Counted from the stretch's first letter, positions 14,130 through 26,911 are shown. The stretch is 64,000 nucleotides of DNA from Felis catus (GCF_018350175.1 NC_058368.1:25732001-25796000); one strand, 5' to 3'. The notes: generated from the letters alone by a model not told the origin. Numbers and translations: made by a program.

Positions 14130-14840
14130 GGGGCGACTGGGTGGCTCAGTCAGTTAAGCATCTGACTTCGGCTCAGGTCACGATCTCCCAGTTCGTGGGT
14201 TTGAGCCCCATATTGGGCTCCGTGCTGACAGCTAGGAGCCTGGAGCCTGCTTCAGATTCTGTGTGTGTCTCTCTCTCTCTGCCTCTCCCCAACTCGCACT
14301 CTGTCTCTCTCTCTCAAAAAAGAAATAAACATTAATTTTTTTAATTAGAAAACAAATAAATAAAGAATGTGAGGGCCGCCTGGGTGGATTAGTTGGTTAA
14401 GCAGCCGACTTCGGCTCAGGTCATAATCTCACAGTTCATGAGCTCGAGCCCCGCGCTGGGCTCTGTGCTGACAGCTCAGAGCCTGGAGCCTGCTTCAAAT
14501 TCTGTGTCCCCTCTCTCTCTCCTCCACTCACACTCTGTCTTTCTGTGTCTCTCTCAAAAATAATTAAACATAAAAAATAAATAAATAAAATTTTAAAAAA
14601 GAACGTGAAGAGTGCCTGGCTGGCTCAGTTGGGAGTACATGGGACTCTTGATCTCGGGGTCATGAGGTTGAGCCCCACACTGGATATGGAGCCTACTTAA
14701 AAAATAATTAAATTAAAATTAAAATTAAAATTAAAATTAAAATTAAAATTAAAATTAAATTAAATTAAAATAAAATAAAATAAAATAAAATAAAATAAAT
14801 AAAATAAAATAAAATAAAATAAAATAAAATAAAATAAATA
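14130..14840 (+). mobile_element. Three serial SINEs ending in a (TTAAAA)n/(TAAAA)n tract
   Basis: Heads near 14130, 14371 and 14609, each preceded by aaagaa(t/c)gtg. Confidence 0.9.
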
Positions 14841-16088
14841 GAGTATGAATTGCTTTTTAAAGTAATAAACCAAATTTAAAGTCTTAGCTTCTTTTTTTCT
14901 GTAAGGAATTACTGTATTAGTACTATCTTTTAAGCACTCAAAGTATAAAGCCAACCAAGTAACGTGTCTTCTCTTTCCATAATGAAAGGCTGTGTGGCAG
15001 AAAAAGAAAAATCAGTTGTAAGGCATTTTCTCCATTTTAAATATTGATATAAGAATAATACACTTATGCTCAAAGAACCAGAGACAAAACCATGTCTGTG
15101 AGCAACAGTCTTGCATAAGGTTTAAAAAACTAATAGCAATAGAGACTCCTGGGTGGCTCAGTCGGTTGAGCATCTGACTTCTGCTCAGGTCATGATCTCA
15201 CGGTCCATGAGTTCAAGCCCCATGTCGGGCTCTGTGCTGACAGCTCAGAGCCTAGAGTCTGCTTCAGATTCTGTGTCTCCCTCTCTCTCTGCACCTCCCC
15301 TGCTTGTACTAAATGGCAATAAAGTTATTTGAAACACCCAAAGAAAATGATTTTTTAAAAAATTAAGATGGTTTTACTTTTTTTGAAAAACATTGGTAGT
15401 TTTAAATTAACACTGTTTCAAGACCTAGTTTTAATACTTAAAGTAATATAATATGCACTGTAAAACTGATTTTACTATGTCTGTAAAGAAGCCAGGTTCT
15501 TCCTAAGTATACATGAATCAAAACAAAGAACCAACTTTATAACCTGGAAGCTATAGAAAATTAAAAGGAAAAAGGAGAAACATGTTTGTATAGCCTATCA
15601 GTACATCCAGGCATAATAAAAACCTTCCAAGTTCTTCTCAGCTGCTTTACCAAAAGGAAGAGAGGTTTGAGGATAAAAACTGAGCATCACAGAATTTTAG
15701 GAAGAGTAAACACAACATACAATAAAGATAAAAACTTGAAGATGCTTTCTAAAGTTAGGTTACTTTAACAAATTCATAGCAATGACTAAAACTGACAAAA
15801 AACCAACATGCCAATATTCCTAGCATAAATTATACATCAATTCTTTTGAGAAATAATACTATATTACCTAACTCATACTCAAAACACTGACAGTGTGCTT
15901 ATCACAATACAGATACAGAAGACTGCATTACCAAAATAAAAAATGCATGAGTGGCAAGGCTAACACAAAATTCAAATATTTTCTTTTATCCTCATAGTTT
16001 TCACTGATCAATCAGTATTTCTCACCAGAAAACATGGGATTGAGTTTTTAAGTTTCTCATTAATAATTACTTTTGATCACATAATTTA

Positions 16089-16279
16089 AAAAAAAAATTT
16101 TTTTACATTTATTTATTTTTGAGAAACAGTGAGACAAAGCGTGCGGGGAAGGGCAGAGAGAGGAGACACAGAATCTGAAGCAGGCTCCAGGCTCGAGCTG
16201 TCAGCACAAAGCCCGACGTGGGGCTTGAAGCCACAAACTGTGAGACTGTGACCTCAGCCGAAGTCAGATGCTCAACCAA
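16089..16279 (-). mobile_element. Felid SINE with TSD ttgatcacataattta
   Basis: TSD at 16073-16088 and 16280-16295. Confidence 0.93.
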
Positions 16280-16453
16280 CTGAGCCAACCAGGTGCTCCT
16301 TGATCACATAATTTATGTTAAATTCTAGGAAATTTAAAAAATTCATGCAGTAAAGAAACAAAAGAACAAAAACAAGGCTTGTCAAGAAATACTCTACACT
16401 AAAAAATCTCTATTCAATCTAAACACTGAATTTCCCTAATTGTTAGAAATTCA

Positions 16454-16670
16454 GGGGCGCCTGGGTGGCGCAGTCGGTTAAGCCGCCGACTTCAGCCAGG
16501 TCACGATCTCGCGGTCCGTGAGTTCGAGCCCCGCGTCGGGCTCTGGGCTGATGGCTCAGAGCCTGGAGCCTGCTTCCGATTCTGTGTTTCCCTCTCTCTG
16601 CCCCTCCCCCCATTCATGCTCTGTCTCTCTCTGTCTCAAAAATAAATAAACATTAAAAAAAAAAAAATTT
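16454..16670 (+). mobile_element. Young felid SINE (SINEC_Fc-type)
   Basis: ggggcgcctgggtggcgcagtcgg head, CpGs retained. Confidence 0.94.
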
Positions 16671-17400
16671 AAGAAATTTAGATGACACTGCTTAAACCAT
16701 CTCTAAAGAATTTTGTTTTCTTCATTAATATTGTGAAGAATTTGTCGTAAGCAATTGCAAACTCTCACAATAATATACACTAACTCCAGGACAATGGTTA
16801 CTTCTGGAAAGGAAGGTAGAATGGGACCAGGAAAAAGAAAATGGAATGTCAACTGTATCTAAAATGTTTTATATCCTTAAAAAATATGGCAAATATCAAG
16901 TTATGAAATAGAGATGTTGCACACAAGTTATGCTATTCTCTACACTTTACTACAGGCTTGAAATATTTCATTAAAAAAATAAATCAGCTTTAATGGATTT
17001 AACTTGTGATTCCAAACCTTAATGTTATTCTTACAAGTTTTCCTTTTTCTCCTCCTCACCCTCATCCCCAAATTATGAAATCCACACTGTATAACAACCA
17101 TGTATCTATACATGAATACCTGAACATGAAAAGAGTATAAACATGCCTTTTACTCTCTTTTCCAACCACTGAATAAAGGAACATTTTCTGCTATTAGGTT
17201 TAACTTTCCAGACAGTAGGCCTGACTCAGGCAGTTGGCAGAAATCTCAAAGCTGAACCTCTGCAGTCAGCCACAAACCTTGGTGGCAGCTCGGGAAATAT
17301 ACAAAACACTAAGGTCATACATTTTTGCTTCAGTATAAAGTATAAACAAGTATACTTATATACTTGTATATACTTATATAAAGTATAATATATATACATG

Positions 17401-17438
<38 letters not shown>

Positions 17439-17639
17439 TTATATAAAGTATAAACAAGTATATAAAAGTGCCAGAAACTGATATGATCCCAAGTGTTCAG
17501 TAGCATGGCCATTACTCAAGAGTAAGGAGAAAATAAGGCTTCCCGACTTCTGCCACTGGGGTCTTTGCACATAACTCACTGGAAGAGTGGAAAGCCCGGT
17601 GCACTTGCTAAAGCGGACGACACTTAGAGGTGGCTGCCA

Positions 17640-18641
17640 CACAAACTCTGGTTATCAGGCTCAAGTATCTGGAAGAAATTCTCAAAAATGAATGGAATAA
17701 GCCCATCCTTTCAAAGAAACAACTGAGAGTATCTGATACCATTAATAAAATTCAGGGGCACCTGGGTAGCTCAGTCAGTTGAGCATCCAGTCTTGGCTCA
17801 GGTCATGATCTCACGGCTCGTGATCTCATGACTCATGAGTTTGAGCCCCGTGTCGGGCTCTGTGCTGACAGCTCAGAGCCTGGAGCCTGCTTCGGATTCT
17901 GTGCCTCCCTGTGTCTCTGCCCCTCCCCGCTTGTGCTCTGTCTCTCTCTCAAAAATAAATATTAAAAATTTTTAAAAATTAAAATTCAACCTTTAAAATG
18001 AAAATTAGCCCTTGTTAAAAACTTCTACCCATCACCATAAACTTGACAGCACTCTAATACCTAAAGATCTTCTGATTAACACAGTGATGTTAATGAATGC
18101 AAAATTTCAATATTGAGTAAGGAAACATGGCAACATGCGGAAGAAGTGCACAACTCAGTGAACCAACATTCTCAAAATGATGCACATGTGATGTTACAAA
18201 ATCATGCATAGGTAAAAGATCCATTCAAACTACTGAATAAACCTTGTGGATTTCAATGTAACAGACTATAAAAAGTTTACTGATCCGATTTCAAATTCTA
18301 TGCTGCAACAAACCTTTAAGAAACTACCACTTAGTAAAATTTTGGTGTAGTATCAAAAGAATATTCACAATTATCTGAAAATGTCATTAATTACTCCTCT
18401 GTTTTCTAACTGCATAATTTGTCAGAGGTCAGATTTTCTTGATACTTAACCAAAATCAACGTGCCGCTCTAGACTGAATGCAGAAGTGGGCAGGAGAATA
18501 CAGCTAGTCTTTTAAGCCAGATATTAATGTGATTTACAAAATGCCACATTTCACCCTATTTTTTTTTCACACATATATGTGATTTATGTTAACACATAAT
18601 GTATAAAGGAGCTCTAAGACCAAAAAGTTCAAGAACCACTG
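17640..18641 (+). mobile_element. Charlie1-like hAT DNA transposon remnant (transposase C-terminal region), interrupted by a SINE at about 17755-17980
   Basis: Degenerate hATC-type coding remnant (ttttggtgtagtatcaaaagaatattcacaattatctgaaaa; agactgaatgcagaag; aagccagatatt) and terminus aagttcaagaaccactg. Confidence 0.8.
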
Positions 18642-20339
18642 CACTAAAGTGATATAAAATCATTACAATTTTGACAGATAAGGCTAAAGAAAACCTCAGA
18701 GTCCCATTGCATGGCAATCAGTAATATGCATATGGTGATGATTTAGGCAACACAGTGTAAGTCATGTTTAAAAGCAGTGATGAGGAAAAAATTCAACAAA
18801 AAAGAGCTGTAGTTTGAGTGCTAACAACCACATATACACATATATAAAGCTTAATTCACACCTCTGAAAATTATACAATATCCCATCCTCAACAAATGGG
18901 GGAAATGCACCAAGTTAATGTTTCTCATTAACAGTCAAAAATTCAACTTCAAATAAAAAGATTACCTATATTTGGGCTTCACTTACCATACTTGCGGGAC
19001 AGTCCATATAAGGCAGATTATAAATCCTACAATATTTCCAACATGACTAGTAATTCTCCATCTTCAAGGAGCATTCCCACAGATATACATTTTACTTCAA
19101 ATTCAAATACATTCTAAGATAAATATGTGTTGGTATACGTTACCAAACTCAAGCTTAAAATAAGGCAAGCCACCACCAAGTAAATGCTCATACTTCCAAT
19201 TATCTCAGCTGCTATATTATCCAGGGAATAGGTCTTATTATAAAGTGTGCAGTGGTTAACCAAGTGTTACAGCACACAGTGCTGACTACTCTGATTAGCA
19301 AAAAAAAAAAAAAAGGTAAAAGAATCAGCTGTGCCAAAATTAAAATATAACGAGCAAGAAATAAAGTGAGAAACAAAGGAATTTAATATTCAGTTTTGAA
19401 CCTCAAACGTCTTAAGAAACTCTGAAGAAGAAAGCCCATCCTTTGTCACTAATAAGTCATCTCCCTTAAAAACTATTCTAAAATGTACCTTTGGAGTAGA
19501 AATTCTTAAGAGAAAATAAATGATTTTAGCACCTTTGCTCACCCACTATATTGCTCGATCCTAGCCCAGACACTATGGAGATAAGCATGAGACACAGTAT
19601 CCTACCCACAAGGTTTAATTCAGGGGCAAAATGAGTAAAACAAACCTTACTACCAAGAAAGAAGAATCAAGCAAGACTAGAGCAGCGAAGGAAGGTGGCT
19701 TCAACTAAAAAAGGCAAACAAATCCTTGGTGGGGAGGGGAGGGGGGACACAAAGGGGAAAAGCAGGGGCAGGTGCCAGGAAGCTACTGTAAAAGGGATTC
19801 CAGCAGACTGAACCAGAGAGGGTAGAGAGGATGGGTGAAGCTTTCACAGGACTGCTTCAGGGGACCACACAAACATTTACACGGGATTTTTCCAACAGAA
19901 ATGACGAAACGAGACACCTGACTAAATGTGTGAGTAAAAGGAGTCTAAGAATTATCATGGCCAAGAGAATAAAAGACTGATGATGTTATCACTGACAGAA
20001 ATATGAATACCTGGAGAATAAACGAACGGAAAAATCAATATGACTTTTGTAACAAAAAATCCAAGTGGATTATCTGTTCAGACAACTAAAGATGGGTGGC
20101 TCAGTCGGTTAAGTGTCCGACTTCTCCTCAGGTCAGGATATCATAGTTTGTGGGTTCGAGCCCAGCACTGAGCTCTGCAATGACAGCTCAGACCCTGGAG
20201 CCTGCTTTGGATTATGTCTCCCTCTCTCTCTCTGCCTATCCCCCACTCATGCTTTGACTCTCAAAAATAAATATTAAAAAAAAAAAAAAAAACTAAAAAA
20301 AAAAAAAAGATGGGATTGGACATCAGATGAGAGCCCAGA

Positions 20340-21085
20340 CCTTTGTCACGGCTACCACTGAGAGGTCCAAGTCCTCTGTCATTTCTCCCCTGATTACTGC
20401 AGTAGCCTCCAGCTCCCACACTTGCCCTCAGAGTCTCTTCTCTACTTGCTGGCCAGAGTCATTCTTTAAAATGTAAATCAGATCAAATCTCTATTCTGTT
20501 CAAATCCATCCAGTGGCTCCCCACTTTTCTCAGAATAAAATCCAAAACTGTTACCAGTTTACAAGTTCCTTTGTGACCGGTCACTGCCAACTCCCTTCTG
20601 CTCCAGCTTCCTACTACCACTAGCCCACTACTCTTCCCGCTGGCCCATCTATTCCACCCTACACTGACCTCCTTGCTACTCCTGGAACATGCTAGGCTTG
20701 CTCCCACCTCAGGGCAAATGTGTTGTTGCTTCTGCCTTGAGAACTCCTAGCTGGCTTACTAACACCACATGGCTAGTCTTCCGGACGGAGTTCAAGGCTG
20801 TTCAAATCCCATCTTCTCAATGGACCCACACTGACCACACTAAATTTGCAAGCCCCACCCTCAACCCAGTACTCCTGACACCACTCTGCCTTTTTCTCAG
20901 ATAATTTACCACCTTCTAGACTAAGATACAATTTACTCATTATGTTTATTATTTGTTGCTATTTCCTCTTACTTAAAATGGAAGCACCATAAAGGCTGGG
21001 ATTTTGCTCACTGAAGTACCCCAACTCTAAATAAAAGAGGTCCTGCAAATAACAGGTACAAACATCAGTTTGTTGAATTAATGAA
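20340..21085 (+). mobile_element. L2 3' region
   Basis: ccagagtcattctttaaaatgtaaatcagatca ... cagtggctcccca ... cagaataaaatccaaa; ends tttgttgaattaatgaa. Confidence 0.75.
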
Positions 21086-22564
21086 CTGCTGCAGAAGGGT
21101 CAAAGGTAATGAAAACTTAGAACACCAAATGCCACCGTGGTTCTATCAGCTCTAATCCTACCCGTTTCTTCCAATATTTTCTATCTCCGTAATGATCTCA
21201 CCATTTATCCGGATGCTCAAGCCAAAAAAGCCTAGAAACCATTCTAGACTTCTCACTCATCCAATTGTCCGAGTCAATTCATCACCAAAAGCTGTCAAAA
21301 TTACCTCTGTTATCTCTCAAAGAGGATATTCTTTTCCACTCCCACGGCACCAGTTCAAACTTTTTTGTCTGTAAACTAGACTATCAGGTCCACAACTGAG
21401 TTTTTTGCTTTGATCCAACAAGGACTATTTAATGGATTTTAGATCGATTATGACAAAGTATGACAGGTAGGAGAAAGCAAAGTGAAGAAGAATAGGGTAT
21501 CTGAAGGCAAGAAAAATGCTTTTTATCTTTACTTTCCCTCCTCCTATTCAAGGCACACTTATTCATATAAGTATTCATATACTTTTAAGGTACAGCTCAA
21601 ATATTATCTCCATTTTTGAAGTCTTTCCCAGTTCCTTCAATTAAAGTGCATACTCTTCTTCCTTCTTTATACATAGCTCCATGACAGTACTTTCTGTAAC
21701 ACTTATTTTTTCCACATACCAGTTGCCCAACTGAACAAAAGTCTAGTCTTACTCTAACAGAGCTTAGAATTAAATATCTACTGAACAGATGAATGAATAG
21801 CAACTTTTAGTCTAGGATTTGCAATTATAAAGAATAAAACCTAAGTTCGAACAAACATAAGGGCGTAAATTATAAAAGAAACATAAGTTTTTTAATTTAC
21901 AACAAATAGTAGATAAAAACACTAAACCAAAGATCCAAGCAGGAAAAAGTGAAGACTGAACACAGGCATTTCTCTCTAGATACTGGTACAGAGATAAGAC
22001 TAGCTAAAAATATATTTAATAGAGAAATAGATTTAGAATTTCATAGAGAAATGTGAAGGCAGAAAAAGAGTCAAACCCCAAATAGTCTTAAAAATAAAAC
22101 ATGCTCCCTCAGACAGGAATACTCAACTAGAAACGAATTGTGGTCACAGAACACTCAAGAAATGCAGAATGGTTTAATTAAGAAGACAATGTAAAACGTA
22201 TCAGTCCCCTCTAATTCCATCCTCACAAAAAAACTCTAACATATAAAACTGAATCATTAAAAACAGTGGTTCATTAAAAAACTCTATGGAGTTGTTTTCT
22301 TTTCCCCCCCTCGGTCATTGAGGCAATCCAAAAATACTGAACGAGGGCACCTGGGTGACTCAGTAGATTAAGCGTCCGACTTCAGCTCTGGTCATGATCT
22401 CGTGGTACACGAGTTCGAGCCCCGTGTCAGGCTCTGTGCTGACAGCTCAGAGCCTGGAGCCTGCTTCAGATTCTGTGTCTCCCTCACTCTCTGCCCCTCC
22501 CTTGTTCATGCTCTTGCACACACATGTGCACTCACTCACTCTCATAAATAAATAAATAAAGCAG

Positions 22565-22603
<39 letters not shown>

Positions 22604-22715
22604 AATAAATCTCTATTGGCTGAAGTTCATCAAATGGTATACACACAGACAGCTAAACTGCAAGCACATGGCTTAAAATAAACTTGAAACCTAAAGTGTT
22701 TAAAAACAAAATCTA

Positions 22716-23095
22716 GGGGCGCCTGGGTGGCGCAGTCGGTTAAGCGTCCGACTTCAGCCAGGTCACGATCTCGCGGTCCGGGAGTTCGAGCCCCGCGTCG
22801 GGCTCTGGGCTGATGGCTCAGAGCCTGGAGCCTGTTTCCGATTCTGTGTCTCCCTCTATCTCTGCCCCTCCCCCGTTCATGCTCTGTCTCTCTCTGTCCC
22901 AAAAATAAATAAACGTTGAAAAAAAAAAAATTAAAAAAAAAAAAATCTAATATAGGGGCACCTGGCTGGCTCAGTCAGTAGAGTATGCAACACCTGATCT
23001 TGGGGTCATGGCTGAGTTCAAGCCACATATTGGGCCCGGAGCTTACTTAAAAAAATATATACATCTATAGATAGAGCTAAAAAAAAAAGAAAAGA
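22716..23095 (+). mobile_element. Young SINEC_Fc (22716 to about 22945) immediately ahead of a short older SINE (about 22955-23095)
   Basis: Shared aaaatcta target motif occurs before, between and after the two elements. Confidence 0.92.
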
Positions 23096-23552
23096 AAATC
23101 TAATAATAACAGTTAATAGTCACTGACCATTTATTATGTAGAGTGTTGTTGTGTTTTAAATATATTCCTATTTATACATAAACATAAATAATTATTATCC
23201 CATTTCACAAATAAGGAAAACAAAGCCCAGAAAAGTGCAAGGAGAACCAAGGAACAATGACTTAAACCGAAATGACTGCTATTAATAAGAAAAAAGTTTC
23301 CTTATAGTGTGCAGCATCTAGCAGCAACTTAGACTTGCATTTGTATTACCACAGCTCTACAAAGCAAGAACATATTGTCCAAACTCCAGAAGAAGAATGA
23401 CAATCTTGATCCACTTCCATATCCCTGCCAAGATAATCCTTATAATACCATATTCACTTTGGAGTACACTGTAACCAGAAATGTGAACACAAAATGTTCA
23501 AAAAGAGAACAATACTAACTAAAGAATTTACGAGATTAAAAATGGAAGATAA

Positions 23553-23780
23553 AGGGGTGCCTGGGTGGCTCAGTCGGTTAAGTGTCCAACTTCGGCTCAG
23601 GTCATGATCTCGCAGTTTGTGAGTTTGAGCCCCACATAAGGCTGTGTGCTGACAGCTCGGAGCCTGGAGCCTGCTTCGAATTCTGTGTCTCCCTCTCTCT
23701 CTGCCCCTCCCCTGCCTGCACATGCTTACTCTCTCTCTCTCTCTCAAAAATAAATAAACATTAAAAAAAATGTTTTTTAA
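23553..23780 (+). mobile_element. Felid SINE with TSD aatggaagataaa
   Basis: TSD read on both flanks. Confidence 0.93.
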
Positions 23781-23835
23781 TGGAAGATAAATTTTGAGGA
23801 TAACAAACCTTATCGTTCTAAATCACTGTCTTTTA

Positions 23836-23972
23836 AAACTTTCATTTTTTTTTAATGTTTTATTTATTTTTGAGAGAGACAGAGACAGAGCACTAGCGGG
23901 GTAGGGGGAGAGAGAGAGGGAGACACAGAATCCAAACAGGCTCTAGGCTCTAAGCTGTCAGCACAGAGCCTG
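23836..23972 (-). mobile_element. 5'-truncated SINE with 18-bp perfect TSD
   Basis: ctaaatcactgtctttta at 23818-23835 and 23973-23990. Confidence 0.92.
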
Positions 23973-25396
23973 CTAAATCACTGTCTTTTATATAAGTAAT
24001 AAATCACATGTTGAAAAAATTAGCAATTTAGTAAAATGTAAAAAGGCTGAAATAGGATACCTTTTTCTACAAAAGTAGTTCAAAATTTTCCTACCTCAAA
24101 CTTTTTCACGGTTCTGCCTCCTATTTACGATCTTGGTACTATGCCTCTTCTACTCCAGGGACAACACAAAAGTAGAAAAAACCCACAGGTTCAATAGGTA
24201 TTATTAAATCCTATCAATCACAAGACAAACACCAGATTCCTTGGATGCACCTGTGCTATGCCCTGCATGGCATACAATAAATATTTGTTGAATGACTGAA
24301 TCCTCTCCAAGAGAAAATGCAAGTATTTAACACTTTCTACCTCCCATAATACTACACATTATTATAGTATCAATATTATTGTAGCATCAGAATAATGCAA
24401 TAAAACAAAACTTTTACCCTAAACCACAGGCAGAAAAGTTATTTTACCCCTGTGTTACATTCTACATTAAAAGTGGGGGAAAATACTAATATTTTTTAGA
24501 TCAGTTTTTATAGCTACTGATATTCTAAGACATCACAAAAAATTTATCTGAACATATTCTTTTTTTATAACAATAACATCCTTAACATACTATAATTTCT
24601 TATAGCCTTCTTTGTAATGTTTAATGCAGATATGACAAAATCACAAATCATTTTCCTTACACAACAAACAAACTTTTTAAATTAGATATAGGAAATTAGC
24701 TCCATTAAAATGAGTTGCCCTGCTACATTAATAGTAATATTCTACATTCAGAGAAGGTTAAAAATCAAGAAACAATGAAAATAAACATATACATATGCTG
24801 CAAAAAATCTCCCTCTCTAATGCACAAACTGAAACACTTGCTCCTGATTTACTGAACTGGTAGAATATCAGAGCAAACACACAAAATTTACAAACTGTAC
24901 TTAACACAGAGCTTCTTGAGTGTCAAAACCAAGTAAAAACAGTTCAAATCTCGGTACTAAAAAGGCTCTCTTAGAACTGAAACCCACAAAGGCAAAAATT
25001 CAGACTAAAATATTCCCTAATATTAAGCAGTATTTTTTTAAACACAACTTATAGTTGCTGAATATCAATTTACCAAAACAGGAAAGTATGACCTTATCTT
25101 GGCAAAACTCAGAATACTGTTTCTTCAACATCCTAGAAGACAGCTTGATGCACCAGACTCTTCCATCTGCTTTGTTCTATTTCTTCATGCCCCAAATGGA
25201 AATTAAACCCTTCGAGTAACAGCCAAAATTTCATTAATCACAGGAAAGTAGAGAAACAAATAGCATGAAATGAATAATAGAGGTAGACAGAACAACAGGT
25301 AAAGCAGCCTTGATAACGACCTTAAAGTGTAATTTGAGACACAGCATCTGTATAACAAGTACTGGAATCACATTAAATAATTCTATTCCCACTTAC

Positions 25397-25541
25397 CTGA
25401 TGAGCTCTCAGTAAAGACTGTTAATGTCTGTCCTCCAACACTTTGTAAGACAAATGGATGTTCTCTAGGGGTGCTGACAGAAGCTGGTTTTCCGCCAATA
25501 TCGTGAATATTTGCAAGATCCTCATTCAAAGTAAATGACAC
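25397..25541 (-). CDS. GTF2F2: GTF2F2 coding exon 4 (VSFTLNEDLANIHDIGGKPASVSTPREHPFVLQSVGGQTLTVFTESSS + G); gene continues beyond left edge
   Basis: 145 nt; acceptor CTGTTAG|GTG, donor TCAG|GTAAGT; open frame matching the RAP30 dimerisation domain. Confidence 0.98.
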
Positions 25542-25680
25542 CTAACAGACACATTAACAAAAGCTTATTACAACAGACTTATGTATTCAAAGTATCTTTC
25601 ACAGAAATTCTGATTATAAATCAAATACCTTTTTAAAAATATGAACCTCAATTTCTAGTCATTTTATTCAACATTTTTCT

Positions 25681-25820
25681 TTTATTTTATTATTTTTTTA
25701 ATATATGAAATTTACTGTCAAACTGGTTCCCATACAACATCCAGTGCTCATCCCAACAGGTGCCCTCCTCAATACCCATCACCCACCCTCCCCTCCCTCC
25801 CACCTCCCATCAGCCCTCAG
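25681..25820 (-). mobile_element. Severely 5'-truncated carnivore/felid L1 (3' UTR end only) with 19-bp perfect TSD
   Basis: catccagtgctcatcccaacaggtgccctcctcaatacccatcaccca matches the L1 3' UTR also seen near 55000-55035; TSD ttttattcaacatttttct at 25662-25680 and 25821-25839. Confidence 0.92.
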
Positions 25821-26892
25821 TTTTATTCAACATTTTTCTAAAACTTTACCAAAAAATCCTTAATACTTAGTCATAAAAAGAGAATCTATTCCCATTTGTC
25901 AGAATAATGGTGCTAATCTACCATTATAAAGATGGATGACAGCTTTCAAATGTTTTTCTCTGGTTTATGGCTGAAGAAACTCTAGCTCCAAAACAGGAAT
26001 AAATTTTTTCCCCTAAGGTCTCTGAAGTCAAGGGATTTTATCTTCTTACATTTATATCCTTACAAATGTATATACTTAAATATATAATATAAATAAATAT
26101 ATAGCAAAGGGCCTGGCACATAGAAGGAAAACAGTATTTGCTTAATGAATGAGTATTACAAGAGTATTTAAAAGGTGACTGTACTTAAAGGGGGAAAAAG
26201 TGAGCTATTACTAGAAAGCTTAAACACTCCCATAAGCAGGGGATGTATTTCTTTTTTAGGTCTTAATGACTGCTGTAGGAGTACATGGTGCTGTTTTATT
26301 TTTGAATACTTTAACAAATACAAATAAATACTTACAAAGGTAATTCAATATTGAGGTTTAGAATAAAAAAGACGTAGTAGACGTTTTTTCACAAGGATTT
26401 TTACTACATACCAGCTCTCCCCAAAGGAACCTCACATTTTATATCAAAAGGATTTATAAACATAAAATACTAATCTCCCAACCACAAAGGAAAGGCCATA
26501 AAGCATTTATTAAATACTTCTCTAGTATGTGATAGGTACCATAATTATGTCCTGGACTTAATGGGTCAAAACCTAAAGCCCTGAAAAATCCAGACCAAAT
26601 GCCTTTGCCACACTGAAATAATATTTGAGTAATACTGAAGCAAGAATAAGCCTCATAGTACCCAGTGAAGGGATATTTTGGATCAAAGCAGAAAAATGCT
26701 AAGAATGAACGACTAGAAAGGAGTCCATTCATTCACACAAAAGTGACATTTATACTGTTACGTGTTCCTCACCATCAGCCAGTGTTTTGATGTAGTTTTC
26801 CAGAATGCAAACACCACGTTCTCTTTACTATTACTAATACATGGTAAAATAATCTCACGTTTTCAATAAAATATTCATAGAAATAATCTTAC

Positions 26893-26911
26893 CTCAGTCC
26901 TTCCTTGATTC
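26893..26911 (-). CDS. GTF2F2: GTF2F2 coding exon 3, 19-nt microexon (G + NQGRTE)
   Basis: Acceptor TTTCCTTTCTTTTAG|G, donor GAG|GTAAGA; completes the AA|G Lys codon from exon 2 and restores phase 0 for exon 4. Confidence 0.96.

Noticed and set aside
14116..14610. Regularly spaced short direct repeats resembling a CRISPR-like array
   Set aside because: The repeats are TSDs and the spacers are homologous SINEs in a mammalian genome
17640..18641. hAT transposase remnant as a domesticated ZBED/Buster-type exon
   Set aside because: No ORF of 60 aa or more, many frameshifts, interrupted by a SINE
22716..22800. tRNA-like A-box and B-box sequence as tRNA genes
   Set aside because: These are tRNA-derived SINE heads followed by CT tracts and A-tails with TSDs; no complete cloverleaf
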